A stretch of 64,000 nt of DNA from Anthoceros angustus (GCA_010909165.1 VJWM01000205.1:276468-340467); one strand, 5' to 3'; positions 49,771 to 63,560 are shown, counted from the stretch's first letter. The notes: generated by a model from the sequence alone, not told the origin. A program made the numbers and translations.

Positions 49771-50034
49771 CTCCTGCCGTCATGTTGTCATGGACATCTT
49801 TACAATTCGATGCCATTGTTATTATGTGACATTGTGGACACATGTGCAGCTATTCATGCGGCATTGTCACATTTTGGACAGTGGGCACTTTCTCATCTTG
49901 TCTTCTTGGGTGGCATGGTGGACATGTTAGCATTTCCTCAAGTTGTCGTGTGCACACTTGTTTTCGTGTGTGGTGGGATACGCTAGAGTTGCACACAAAG
50001 ATCAAAAACGGCGGTGGAAGACCTCATCTCCTTG

Positions 50035-50445
50035 TCGAAGCAAGAGACCGGTGTCGGTGATTGCAAGCGAGGAGACAAGCAACCTTGCGGCAGCAAAATT
50101 GCTCTAGGGGAGCTCACAGGCGCCTTGGCGCAATCTGCTATAACAAGGAGGTGCGGTTATGTGGGCGGTCATCAACTTCATACTCACACGAGCTGACCTA
50201 ATTATGTCTTGTCGCTGCGGTAGAAGATGCACATGTTGCTCGTGTCGAGCAAGAGACCGGTGTCGGTGATTGCAAGCGACAAGCAACCTTGCGGCAAAAT
50301 TGCTCTAGGGGAGCTCACAGGCGCCTTGGCGCAATCTGCTATAACAAGGAGGTGCGGTTATGTGGGCGGTCATCAACTTCATACTCACACGAGCTGACCT
50401 AATTATATCCCTTTGCGGTAGAAGATGCACATGTTGCTCGTGTCC
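50035..50445. repeat. ~208-bp tandem duplication
   Basis: CAAGAGACCGGTGTCGGTGATTGCAAGCG...GCGGTAGAAGATGCACATGTTGCTCGTGTC x2. Confidence 0.9.
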
Positions 50446-50714
50446 GAGCACAATTGCGTGCGGTCACGGGAGGCGGCGGACAATCGAGAGCCAACAACAA
50501 AAGCGTGGCGCCCTCCAACGTGTCTGGCGGAGGATTTACATGATGCCTTTGGCGCATATTGACGCAAGAAAGCGCTCCAACACATGCTGTGCAGGTGACA
50601 CGCCCCAATCCATGCCTTGTTTTGTAAGTCGCAGATTGGTTTTGCGGGCTAGGTTGGCCATTCACTAGTGGAGTCCAACGGATGCGGGCGTGACGAGAGC
50701 GAGAGAGCATTATC

Positions 50715-52011
50715 ATGGTTTTGCCGCAAATTCCACATCATGGAGCACCGCTTTGGAAGAATTGTTGGGGAGTGCCGCAGGATAGTGCCCTGGTGACTCA
50801 CATAAGAAGGCGGTTCATGAGTCTCACGGTTAGTAGTGCTCTAAGGTTGTTGCTTTGCATGGAAAAGCTATATCTGAGACCTTGTGCTAATAGCATTCGC
50901 TTGTCCCTAGGCACATATAGTAGGCTGCCCTGTCCTCGCTTGGCGGTGGAGGCGTTGATCACACCACCACGTGGGCAGCGGCCACCTATCCCAGCGGCCC
51001 GATTCGATTCGTTGGCCAATGCACAACTATGTCATGGAGTCGCCAGATCTGGTGGTCCCTGTGTCTCAAACCAGTTGAGTCTGGTGAGGCACGCGTACTA
51101 CAGTGCGGTGTGGCGTATTTGGCCCACTCATGTGGCGATCCAAGATGTCATGTTTGGGGTTGGCTCCTTTGGTTGATGCAGATGCCTCTCACGTGGCGAC
51201 TTCTTTGTTTCTTGGCCCCAGTTTTGATTCCACTCCAGCGTGGGTCGATTGGTGGTGAGCCACAAGGTGGGCACCCATGTGTGGTCGGCTCCAACAAGGC
51301 CACCTACAACTCGTGTGTTGAAGATCGCAATGCAGCGGTGGAAGAGGATACCAGGCGGTGGAAGAGGATACCAGGCGGTCAGGAGGATACCAGTTTTCTA
51401 CACCGAGACTCGGTCGTGCGGTGGACACCCACCTTGTGCATGATGATGAAACTCGGGCACAAGAATGACACCTGACTTGTGCACGAACACGCAACCCAGA
51501 ACTTGTGCCCCGTGGAAGTGACCACGGTCTGGCGGAAGATGAGGTGGAGGTGCCCAGCAAGGATGGGGAGGACGTGACCACTATGGCAGTGGCTTTGCAG
51601 ACTGGTATGGATGTGGCCACTTGTGCTGGTGTTCCAATGGCCGATTCTACTGCTGGTGAAGCGGCCACTATGTGTCAGGCCACCGATGAAGTGGCTATTG
51701 TCATTCATAAGGATGCGGAGAAATCGCCACTTCCCGAAGCATCGGCTGTACCTGAAGTGGTGGAGGTATCTGGTGGACGACGTCAGTCTTTGCGTAGAAA
51801 AGGCAAGTCGGAGCAGACTCCGGGAACTTTGAAACGGAAGGGTGCCTCCAATTCCGGGAGACCAGGGCGTCCCAAGAAAGCTTCACAAAGTGCCATGGTG
51901 GAACAACGCGGGTTTGGAATTTGGTGCGGCGTCACGTGTGAGATAACTTCATGGTGCGTTCGAGGCACTGGTAATAAAGAGAAAGTTCTGGTATGTATTG
52001 CGTTGCACTGA
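50715..52011 (+). pseudogene. Frameshifted ORF remnant of unknown (probably TE) origin with an acidic tract and basic KRKG...RPGRPKK motif
   Basis: Consecutive + strand ORFs (50715-51176, 51029-51475, 51505-52011) with protein-like composition. Includes a 20-bp repeat x3 at 51335-51393. Confidence 0.3.
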
Positions 52012-54616
52012 GCCCATGGTCACATTAGGCGAAGATCCAGTGGGGTGGTGAGATTTTTGCGCAGTGAAAAGGTTGTGAAAAGGTTACTACTATGAGCGGT
52101 GCCCTCGACAAAGTGCCTACCGACTCGGATTCGAGCCACGTGGTGACCCAATAATGCTTGAAGGAGGCATCACGACCACGAAGTTTCCAATGGTAGCTAT
52201 TCCTGGGGCCAATGAGAAGAACAAGAACACTCATGACTTTCTTGGCTCTGCTGGATATAGAACATGGTTGGATCAAGTTGTGGCGACATAGCGTAAAGGG
52301 AGGGTCCCCAAAATATACATGGGCTTGCTTTGTTCTTAGTCCACAGTGGTCACTTTTTGTCAAGGCTTGGACGTGTGTAGGATCTTGTGGATGGGCCAGA
52401 TAATGTGCAAGCATCCATAATTGGCATAGATGTGAATCCTTGCACTTTTGACAATCATGTTACTTGTGGAGAATGCACCTGGTTTTTGTGGGTCTGTGAA
52501 GCAATTCTCCGTTTGTAGTTCTTAGCAACGTTGGGAGGAGGCTACCGGTTGTAATTGCTCAATTACGAGCAAACCCGATTGCGCGAGAAAAGAGGGCCTC
52601 GGATGGTCTCACAATGCTCGAGCGATCCGCGATTCGAGCTCGTGGTACACATATGCAATTCCAATGACACAGTTAGTTTAATGACACACGGCCATGTAGA
52701 CATTTTGTGGGAATGAACACACAACAAAGGCTGCTCTGCAGAACCAGCTTTAACATGAAACCAAAGATCCAAAATATGCCACACCACCGATTTCACGCCA
52801 CCCCGTGGCCCAAAGTCGATGTAATGTACAATGCCACAAAACAAGCATCAAGGGATCGCTCCGCCATCCACCCATTGTCACACAACCTATCTAGTGTCGT
52901 GGATGTGCGAGCTAGCCAGACGGAAGGAACTTGTTGCCCGACCTCGGGTGGCGCCCTCAATCTATCACATCGCTGTCCTCCTCGCTTGAGTCCCCACGCG
53001 CAGCGGTCGGTGCCTTCGCCAACCCGACCACCTCCATGATGTGCGGCACGGCGTGCGGCGGTGGAAGGCTTGGCATATGGGGCCACACCGATCTCGGACC
53101 TTCTTCCGATGGCGCTTGCGTGCCTTGGCCCGTTCCATTCGATGCAAGTAGTGTGCGCCAAGGTGACTAGTGACTTTCTGTCATTGACAAATGGCTGATA
53201 CTCACCTCCGGCGCGAAGAGGGTGCCCTTGGCCAGCTTGCCTAATCCGGCTTGAAGATTCCATGTCCCCTTCCCCACACCAACCACTCCTCCCAAGTGCG
53301 CAACAGCTTCCATTGCATACAAGAGCGAAGTCCGATCTCCACAAAGGACAAAGGCGGGCTAGCTTGCGTGGTCTGAAGTGCTTGCCGGCTTTAAATTGCC
53401 AATGCGAGGCCACTCGTGTGCATAAGGCCCGAAGGGTGGGTGACATGATTACTTTTACATGCCCAAGTGTAAGGAAAGCAAGGCTGGATGGCCAATCATC
53501 GCGATAGATTTTGAAAATTCGACCTCGATCCTTTCAACAGCTTGTCGAACCCGGCATAGGGGACCAAAGATTTGAGGCCAACGTGACCAAGAGTCCGACA
53601 CGGCGAAGAGTGCATGGAGTCTGCTTTGTTTGCAATGATTGAAAATGGGAAAACTAGGGCCATTTACCCGGAGATAAAGAATTTCACAACAGTCAAGCCG
53701 ACTGAACAGTAAGCCGCAGGAAGCAATGTCTGAAACACATCCACAAAGTTCTTAACGCCGGCTTCATGCTTGCTATAGCCCACTACAACTTCTCGGCGTG
53801 TTGCGGTGTCTTCAAGGACAACACATGAACTTGAAACCGGGGGTATCACTTACCACCCGCTGGCGCCTCTTTCGTGTTTTCAAACCTATTTGTTATTGCC
53901 GTTAGAACCTTCAACATGTGGACAATCAACCTCTTGCTGGTCGTGGTTGCAACCCAAGTCACCCAGCCTCCCGAGTCATAGATGATTGTCTCCAGTTTAG
54001 CGATCTGACGCACCAATGTTTGAATTTTGTCCAGAACTCCTTTTGCACCTTGCTCGAAGCTAGTAACCTTCATGTCATGCTCCAACTTGAATTTGCACAT
54101 AGGCTGGTGCGGCTTATGCGTCACGACACCCACCGGCTCGGCCAGCACACTGCGATCCCGCCTCACCGACTGTGCCTTTCAGCAAATTCTAACGTGCCTT
54201 CATTAGCATTCCTACATCCAGAGATAACTCCCAAGTCCGGATCGCTTTGAAAGATCCAAAGGATACAAGCTTGACATTCCAACCGGAGCGGAATCACAAC
54301 ATGCACCGCCCCGTGCGGTCCTTACAGAACCGCGTTGTCCTCATCAAGCACAAACGTGACGGCGAATCAGCATCCTCCTCACATTCAACGTCTTGAGGTA
54401 GGGCGGAAGGTGAGTAGACACTTCTGGCGCCGCGACGTCTCCCTCCGAACTCCCGGAAGTTTGGTTTGCCATGGACCCTCCACGCCTGGCCCCGTGTGAA
54501 TGAAGAGTCCTCTCCCGCCGCACTAACGCCGCCGCACTCACGGACTGTCCGTCAAAATAAGCGGTAAGAAGGATTGTGAAAGCGGCACGTCTCGAGTAAC
54601 CTAACAAGCGGGCGAC

Positions 54617-54990
54617 CCACATCACCATACCCACATCCCCCACCCCACATCCCCACATCCCCGCATCCCACATACCCACATACCCACGCCCCATCCCACA
54701 TCCCACATCATCCCCATCACATCCCACATCCCCATCATCCCACATCCCACATCCCACATCCCACATCCCCATCCCCATCCCCATCCCCATCCCACATCCC
54801 CACATCCCCATCCCACATCCACATACCCACATCATCCCCACATCCCCATCCCCACATCACATCCATACATCCCCACATCCCCACATCCCACATACCCATC
54901 CCCATCCCCACATCCCACATCCCCACATCCCCATCCCACATCCCACATCCCACATCCACCTTACCCACATACCCACATACCCACATACCC
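54617..54990. repeat. (CCCACAT/CCCCAT/CCCACATA)n C-rich microsatellite, ~370 bp
   Basis: Directly visible. The minus strand is GGG(G)ATGT repeated. Confidence 0.95.
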
Positions 54991-55059
54991 TTGAGTTTTA
55001 TCAAACTTGAGCTCCCCACATCCACATCTATTAGGGCAGCAGCATATCGACAAAGCAAG

Positions 55060-56260
55060 TTATAGCACGAATTTGGGTCACAAGTCTTGAGCCAAAAACA
55101 TTTTGTGAAACGGTACAGCCACTCCATGTGACAACATAGTCTAGTAAACTCGGCACCCGAAGCAGGTGACAACATAGCGATCTGAAAGCACCCGAACAAT
55201 GTGAAAATAGAACCTTGGGGCCTGACATTATTCGTTGTCCTCCTCGCGATGCTGATGTTCATCCAATCGGGTTGTGCTCATCTCAAAGGCGAATGAACAT
55301 GATCTATCGAGAACAGCGAAACATATATCCAAAAAAACGATAGCGTTATAGCACGAATTTGGGTCACAAGTCTTGAGCCAAAAACATGTTTTGAAGCAAT
55401 GACCTTGCAAAGCACAGTGTGACAACATAGTCTAGTAAACTCGGCACCCGAAGCAGGTGACAACATAGCGAATCGCGCGGCCCGAACAATGTGAAAATAG
55501 AAACCGGGCACGGCGGCTTGCATTAATTGTCCTCCTCGCGATGCAGTGTTCATCCAATCGGGTTGTGCTCATCTCAAGAGACATGAACATCGAAAGAAAC
55601 TTCTCTTCCAAAGACTCACCTTCCTCGCCACAAAACTTTCTTGTTAGATGGCGGTGACTGTTACCAAAAACAAGTGCATGGTGACAACAGTGCACAGCGA
55701 AATTGATGGAGCACTCGGCATGTAAGAAAATCACAAGTCTTGAGCCAAAAACATTTTGTGAAAGCACCCGAAGCAGGTGACAACATAGTCTAGTAAACTC
55801 GGCACCCGAAGCAGGTGACAACACATCCCACATCATCAACATCATCATCCTCACCGCTTCAATTGTTGGAAGTGCACGATCGGCAATCATCGCGGCCCGA
55901 ACAATGTGAAAATAGCATCATCGGGCACGGCGGCTTGCATTAATTGTCCTCCTCGCGATGCAGTGTTGATCGAATCGGGTTGTGCTCATCTCAAAGGCGA
56001 ATGAACATGATCTGCTCGCATGCATATATCATGGCATGCTATAGCACGAATTTGGGTCACAAGTTTTGAGCCAAAAACATTTTGTGGCATTTGCACAACA
56101 CATCTGTCTTTGACCACGGCTCTGTAAACTCGGCACCCGAAGCAGGTGACAACATGATCGATGCGCACCCTCAACAATGTGAAAATAACATCATCGGGCA
56201 CGGCGGCTTGCATTAATTGTCCTCCTCGCGATGCAGTGTTGATCGGGTTGTGCTCATCTC
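55060..56260. repeat. Degenerate ~285-330-bp tandem repeat, ~4 copies
   Basis: ATAGCACGAATTTGGGTCACAAG at ~55062, ~55346 and ~56040 (partial copy ~55730). AAACTCGGCACCCGAAGCAGGTGACAACAT occurs four times. Confidence 0.85.
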
Positions 56261-56299
56261 AAGACCACATTGATGGTAAGAGTACTCACCTTCCTCGAT

Positions 56300-59050
56300 T
56301 GCTTTCATAGACATAGCGTTGACTTGTTCACGGGCTGGTTAGCCTATATGGACTTCTCCATCGTGCCCATGTGGTGCCATTGTGAACTTGCGTATACGAA
56401 CAATTTGAGCTGGCAAAATGCATTCCTCGGATCCCAAGCCATTATACTGCGGACACGGCAAATGCTTTTCCAACATATAGTATTGTCCGACAACCACCTC
56501 CTCCTGGAATTCTCTTTTACTCCAAGGGCAATACCGAGACTCCGATGCGTGTGCTTGGCCTTAGTGCAAGTCAGCATAAAAATCCAGCCCTTCATCTGCA
56601 GTGCCAAGACAAGGAAGTTATCTCCAACTTCCAAGATATCGCATCTACGAGACATCATCAACATCATCATCCTCATTGCTTCAATTGTTGGAAGTGCACG
56701 ATCGGCAATCATCGGTCGCGGGGACTTGGCGGTCAACCGCTTGTCGTGTTTATGCGGGGCGACTGTCCATGAGGTGTGATTCGCGACCTCAAAAGCTAAC
56801 ATGAGGCACCATTTCACCGAATGGTTGCTCTCCATACACTCTGCGAAACATGCAAGGCTCCGCATTCGCAGTGCGTGGGGTCATGCATGTCACAACCATC
56901 TGTGTGCATTTGCTTGGATCGGTATGGGGTCACAACCAAATTTGTTGTTTGGTTTACCTCTGTCTTTCAATGAGCCAAAAACGGTGAAGCGCATGATCGG
57001 CACTTGCATAAATGCACACCAAGATGTTTTCTTGCGGTACTCCACCACATCCGCAGCATTTTCCATCTGCCGTGATGAGGGCGACTGCGGCTAGGACGCT
57101 TCAAGATGGCACTGCACCATCGTGCTCCCCTTCCGTGCCCACTTCCAAAATAAGACCAAAGCATGTTGCACCCACAGTGATGCTAGGATACCGAGCAATG
57201 AAGTAGCTAGTCGACACGCTTTGAATTGGCTAGCCCCGGCCGGTGTTCTCGAGGTTGAGGGAATCCGCATCCGCATCCACGCCCTTGTTTGTAAGCGATG
57301 TTGCACAAATAAGTGTCATGGACCATGTCATCGCTAATATAAAAGTGATAGTACTTCTCAATTGATGCGCGGTCCTCTGCATCAGCCATTCTGTAAAAAC
57401 CAACACCAAAATAGTAACTGTGCGTTACGCGATTGCATGGATTGAATCTCATTCGGACCCCAAATGCATAGTTAAGCAAAATCGAACCGAAACCACAACA
57501 TCCTGTGGGAACCATTCGAGACAATGTCGAACTCTATCCCACATGGATATAATCATGAAACGAAACTCCTTCACCTTACCTTGGATACTCCACAAACACG
57601 GAAGGATGTGTTTCCCTAAACACTAGTTTGATCCTTTTCTTGTCGTTGCCAGACATCCTTTCCGACTACGATATTGAAAGCCACTTAAGAAAGCATTTGC
57701 GAATATCCAAACATGTCTCGAAGGCGAAGGAAGTGTGTTGACACCACACATCACATGTTCCTAGCAAGCATGCCGAGGGAATGCGGACATCCTCACCCTT
57801 TGCACAAAGAACACGCTCACATAGTGTGTTGAAGCCAAACAAGTGGAGGCGTTACAATGAAGCTCTTGAGCCAAAGGATGAGCACACACAGAACAATGAC
57901 CGCCACGGGTGAACCACAGGCGTGCCGGAGGTTATTGAAGGCATCTTTAAGGAACGCCATTTCCACATGGTACCAGCGGATTGCGCTCTTGCAAGCTCTT
58001 AACAAAGAACGGCTTCAACTTCTCGAATGAGTTGCCCAACTTGTATTTCGGGTGTTCTTGGAGCGAAGGTAGAACTCCGTGCACATGTCAGAAGAACACA
58101 CCAATCGCCTAAGAAACCTCTGGTAAAAGCAACACCAAACCCACAATGGAGGCCACATGGAGTCGCAGATCATATGTGAGCATAGGGCATTGGGGTCAAA
58201 CATGCAAGCTTGGGTCCCGGTGGCGTAAGCACAAACATGTAACACACTCGGTTCAATTTGTCTGTTTGGCGGCATAGCGTCACCACTTAGTTGCCCAATA
58301 GGAAGACACCCTACGGTTGTATGAGGAAGGAAACACAAGCGGTTAGAAGGACCCAAGACCGTCCTTGGATCCGGAACAACCTAGACACAAATCTGAAACC
58401 TAGCAAGTCGGACAATTCCACACATACATGACATGTCCAGAAAGTGCGTGATATGTTTGATGAACGTTTTCGGTGCTATTCGCAAGCTTGGTATCTTTTG
58501 TGTTGGATGAAGGACGGAAGGCGATTCCCAAAAGTGGACGATGGTGGCCTTAACATGTGGCGAAAGGATATCGATCTTGATCTCCTTCCATCACCCAACC
58601 AGATCATCACGGAGGCATGCCCTCCGCCTTGTGCTTAGGGCTCGATGGATCCGCCTCCTGCGACTCAATGTGGTGGGAAAGCGTAGCAACAAGGTGATTG
58701 TCTTGGAGATCTTGAGATAAAAATAGCGTTGAGCAGGTGTTCCTTGCTGCAAATGGTCTCCAACTTGAACGCCTTCAAGTTTGTGCAAGCCTCACGCATT
58801 CTTCAACAACAATGCTCCTAGTTGGATCTCTTTTGCATCCTTTGTAGCCCCGCCTATACAACTTGAGAAGTGGTAGGTGACTAAACACCTCCAAGATGTC
58901 TCTCGACTTTCTGCTGTATGCGGTAAGGCATAAAAGCGATTGGCTAGTGTCGAGCCACTTCTTGTTCCGGCCGGCATTCCCTAATACTAGTGGTGCAAGA
59001 GCCACTGCCGCTCTCTATGCCACACGCAGGCTGTTGATGTTTTGGCCTCT
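56300..59050 (-). mobile_element. Decayed Sola2-type DDE DNA transposase
   Basis: Minus-strand motifs in order: Cys-rich C..CG region (~57750), DFAxNYAF.VxNEIQSM (57483-57433), KYYHFYISDD..HDT (57356-57327), GASQFK (~57230), YFIARYP and WSYFGSGHGxGEHDGA.AILKR (57160-57095). Many frameshifts; TIRs not found. Confidence 0.7.
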
Positions 59051-59417
59051 CCTTCAACTCTCCGGAAGGATCCTCCCCTACTCTCCTTGGCTGCTGGAGG
59101 CGTGACTCCTCGTTTAACATCTCCTGTCCACCTCCGGGATGTATCCCCCTTCTTCCCACACCACGGACACCAGCTTCACGTGAAGCACCTTATTAGTGCT
59201 TCACGACGCGGCGGCGTTTTTGCGCCCATCGACTCCGTTGTTGGGAAGGTGACCGTAGTCCCAAAAAGCCAAGGGTTTGGCACCACCTCCAACGCCACGG
59301 CACTATCCGTGTTTGAAGCGACACCGCCGCACTATCCACCAACCCGGTAGCGCGAACCTACTTGCAACTTGGCGCCGTCAACTGATCCGCTCCTTCCACC
59401 ACGTCCTCCACATGTAG

Positions 59418-59516
59418 CCACGGAGCTTGTCACGATTACCGGCCTAGCGAGTTCAAGTTTGAGCTCCACGGAGCTTGTCACGATTACCGGCCTAGCCTAC
59501 GAGTTCAAGATGAGCT
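59418..59516. repeat. 48-bp tandem duplication
   Basis: CCACGGAGCTTGTCACGATTACCGGCCTAGC at 59418 and 59466. Confidence 0.9.
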
Positions 59517-59947
59517 CTACAGAGGTCATTTGCCGGCTAAGCGGTATGCACGTACTCGATCCACTTTGCACCACAGCAAATGATATTCTATGTTGATTAT
59601 TAAACTCGGAGCATTTGAAGGCGGTAGCGTTGGCGGGCCGTTCACAGGCCACGAGTTCGTGAAATGAAGCGGCAAAAGGCCTATGTGGGGACATTGTCCA
59701 CAAGTTGAATTTTTAAAGCATATTTTAATATACCATTCTTTATTAAATTTTAATCCTAGATAAAAATAGACATGACTATAACATGTAAAAAAATCAGACA
59801 AGTTGGAAAAGAAATGAATTTTTCATAATTGTAAACATTGCGTGAGGACAAATTAAGAGCGTTTCAACCGTTTCTAACTAAAGTGAGCACCCAACCATGC
59901 TTATACCCTAAACTTTGATCAAACGCTTCCGCAAAGCACCTCAAACT

Positions 59948-62900
59948 TGGTATCAGAGCTAGCGCGTATCAATAAGAAGTTGGATAGCGCGAAGGCTATC
60001 TTGCTCCCTAGGTTGTTGAAAAATGTAGAATTCAGCCTATTATAATTATGAGAACGTTGGTACTTATGTTGGGAAGTTTCGTTATCTTGACATTGCTGCT
60101 TTAGAGGCACTCCTTATCGAATTTGAAGCTTGTGTCAGCTGCTTTGGCCTCCCTTCCCATGACTTTCAAGCATTTTGTCCTCTCGGAATGGCATTCGAGA
60201 GGCTCATCGTGAAGGCTAGGCCGCACACCCAACATTTCCATCTCTCAAATTGTGCCGTGCACTACTAGAGGCTTCCAGTTCAACACCGGCGGAGCATGGT
60301 GGTAAAAGGTTAGTTAGCAAAAGGCCAAGCGTCAGCGTCAATGACAACGTCGTCCTCCTCCACGATGGGCGGGCTTCCTGCGCCTTCTTGGCTCCTTCGG
60401 CGGCCCTTCATTCTCAAAGCACAGTGGTTTCGGAGCCAAAAGTGCTGGTGACTTACAAGCCAGACCCATTGGGAGCATTGCGAATTTGCGAGCCTCGGCG
60501 TCCATCAAGACTTCCAATATGGCCTCGACCTCCAAGCGGAAGCCTAACATTGCCCTCACGGTTTGTAGTAGCTTTTGAATCTGAACCTCTTGGCTATTGG
60601 ACCGCCTCCACACATACTCTCACGCCATCACCATATATTTTCGATTATCTTCACAAGATCAACGTTTTGTACTTCGGTGACTCAGCCTTACCATTGCAGA
60701 CCGCCCGTACTTTTACTCTTAAGATGGTTACATCCTTCTTTTAAGTGATGTCTTTGCATGTTACGCAAATGTGAAGAATCTTATTCCGTTCGCCACTTGG
60801 TGAAGGAAGGTATTTTCAGGCTAGAGTTTGGTAGAGGCGATTGCCTCCTTACAAGACATAGAGTTATCTTGAGACCCTCTAGCAACCACGCGACCAGAGC
60901 AACAGAGGCCATTGCGGTGATTTCCTCGACCCCGGCTCCATGGCCAGCTGCGGTCTGAAAAGGAGTTCGTAAGGTGATTCCTATTATGGCATTCTCGGCT
61001 TGGACATATTAATCATGATAAGCTTTAAGAGATGTCTAGGCGAGGATTGTTAGGGATAAGCTACCACACTTTTCACAGACTCCTTATGTGAACCTTGTAT
61101 ATATGCTAAACAACGTAGCTTCCCTATCCTACTCTACACTTGTCAGACTCTCGATATGAGTTGGTCCATGTTGATCTTTGTGGTCCACTCCCGGTCCCTT
61201 CACTTGGCGCTTGCACTTTATGACTATTGTTGATGACTATAGTCGCTATACCTTTGCTATTCCGCTCAAGTTGAAGAGTGATTCCTTTGGCTCCTTTACT
61301 CCTTTTGTCACTATGGGTTTTGTTGCAAGCTTGATTGCATTAGATCGACAATGCGGAGAATTAAATAAGCGGCAATTTAAGGACTTACATCTTGAGAGGA
61401 TTATCCGGTTCGGTTCCTATACTTCTCGTGAGAATGGGGTTCTTGAAAAGGCCAGCGATACTCTCCATGGCCACATAGCCAGCGCTCGGCTCCCAAACCC
61501 TACGGCGGGCGGTTAATCTGCGGCGTATCTCATAGCGGTTCTTTCAAGTCGGTTGGCGGACACCCTTTGAGTCTGGCATGGATATAAGCCTCTTATTACT
61601 CATCTTGATTTTGGTGCCCGCCTATGCTAATATTCCTCTCGACCGCGACAAGCTTTACCTTTCGCTTGGTATTTGTTGTTGGCTATGGCGAGGGCCGTAA
61701 GGCTTATAAATGGTTGACTTGGATACCCATGCTATGTATATGCTCGCCTTGTCACTTTGATGAGGCTCGGTTAGCTGCTCGTTACGAGTCCATGGATTAC
61801 CTTGGCTCCTTGACGACCACTTCTTCCAACCCAGGTGACCTTATGCAGGTTTTTGACCCTACATTTTCCATTTCGGTCACGCAACCTGCTCCATCCACAG
61901 CCTCTTCACCTCAAGCGGCACCTATACCTATTATTCACACCTTTCGAGAGGGGAAGATGAGCAGCCATTGTTGATCCTTATGAAAAGAGCGACTTTGGTG
62001 CTCTTAATCCACAAGACCGAGGCAGTTCTGCTCCACCTTCTCCGTAACACTTGATCCATTACCCGGCGAAGTATCCTTGGCGTCATCGTCAACGAGACAC
62101 CTGGAATGAGATCCCTTTGATTTAGAGTTCAATCAAGGCTACACCACCCTGCTGAGGTCATTTCAACGCCTTGATGTTGCCCCTTGAGAGGAGATCCTCT
62201 CACTCTTCAAGAGCATATTCGCGACTATGCTAAGTGGAAGTTGCTATTGATGATGAATATAATTCTCTTATCAAAAACAATACTTGGACTCTAGTAAACT
62301 TGCCTCAAGGCAGAACTACTGTCAAGTGCAAGTGGGTTCTCAAAACTAAGTTCCAGGAGGTTGAACCTCATATTTGCTATAAGGCGAGACTAGTGGCTAA
62401 GGGTTATAGTCAGAAAGAGGGAGTGGTGTGGCGACTTTTCTGTGACTTGAGAGCGCGCACAATCCCGTGTCGTTGTAGGAAGGGTTCGTTCCCAAAGGAA
62501 TGGCGGACTCCGTTTGCGGCGTTCGGGCGATTCTCGTCTTACTGCGTCCGTCCCAACACACACTCCTTAGTTCCGCGTCTAACTACCATGACAAACCTGA
62601 GGCGGTATGGCCAAGCGTTTAAGGACCCGTTTCCGTTTCGTTCCGTTAGTCTCTCACCTCTCGTTCCTCTCTCCACTCACTACATATCGGTCTTAAAAAG
62701 CGCGGGTTACATCAGGACCTCCTCGCGTTCTCACCGGGCCTCTCGTCCGGGCTCTGCCGCCCTCCAAAGTCCCTCCGGCTCACGCGTTCCGGTCCGTTCG
62801 GTAGCGGCTCTGCGGGCGACACGGGTCCCCGATCACCCTTCCCACACACCACAACCGTTGGGTCCGTCACGGGACCGATCAATCCCTCCGGGCGTGCACC

Positions 62901-63560
62901 TTTCGGTGACTCGGGACTCACGTTATCAAGAAGACACACAAGTGCAAGAGCGGCATCAACACCAAGGAAAGATGATTTATTTGACCCTCTTATACTACGC
63001 CCGGTCGGCGTCTTTATTACACCCCTATTACGGTGGTTTCGGTATACCTAATCGACGCCTACCATCCTATTCCCTTCCCCTATCTCCTTCGCCGGCGGTG
63101 GGGGGGGAAGGTCCGAGTTCGCCTTGGGATTGGTGGTCCAATCTCCCGACAATTCGGCGCGCAATCGGATGATCCGGCGGGACCCCTCCTTTCTCCCGGA
63201 ATCACATCGGGTTGGGCTCGTGGCGGTTTCACCATCGCTTCATGTTATCCGATGCGGCTATCCACGGAGCTCCAAGAAGTGTGTCGGCCGCCTCGCTCCT
63301 CACGGAGGCCGAGTACAAAGCTTTGACGGAGGCAAGAAGCTACCGAGCGCTGTCAGACGTTTTGCCTTCAAATTTTACCTATTCTCTGTGACAACAAGTC
63401 CACGATTGCCATGATCGCTAACCCTCGGTTCCATGCCCGCATTAAGCACATCGAGGTGCATCACCATTTTGTCCGCACTGTGGAATGTGGAGTCAAAATT
63501 CAGATGTGCCAATCGACTTAAACACGGCATTTGCTCACCAAGTATCTCGCACACAAGCAA
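59948..63560 (+). mobile_element. Decayed Ty1/copia LTR retrotransposon internal region
   Basis: Perfect PBS TGGTATCAGAGC (59948-59959), LWHSRLGHINHDKL (~60984), CEPC, ELVHVDLCGP, IVDDYSRY and ENG (integrase). RT start EYNSLIKNNTWTLV...KCKWV...YKARLVAKGYSQKEG; RNase H CDNKSTIA...HARIKHIEVHHHFVR (~63388-63477). Integrase precedes RT (copia order). Confidence 0.92.

Noticed and set aside
54344-55262. GMWDVG-rich ORFs
   Set aside because: Translation of the CCCACAT microsatellite.
62430-63340. Apparent foreign insertion in the copia RT
   Set aside because: Eroded copia RT traces (TIRVV-like, LKK-GL-Q-PR-like) are visible, so it is more likely decay or consensus error.
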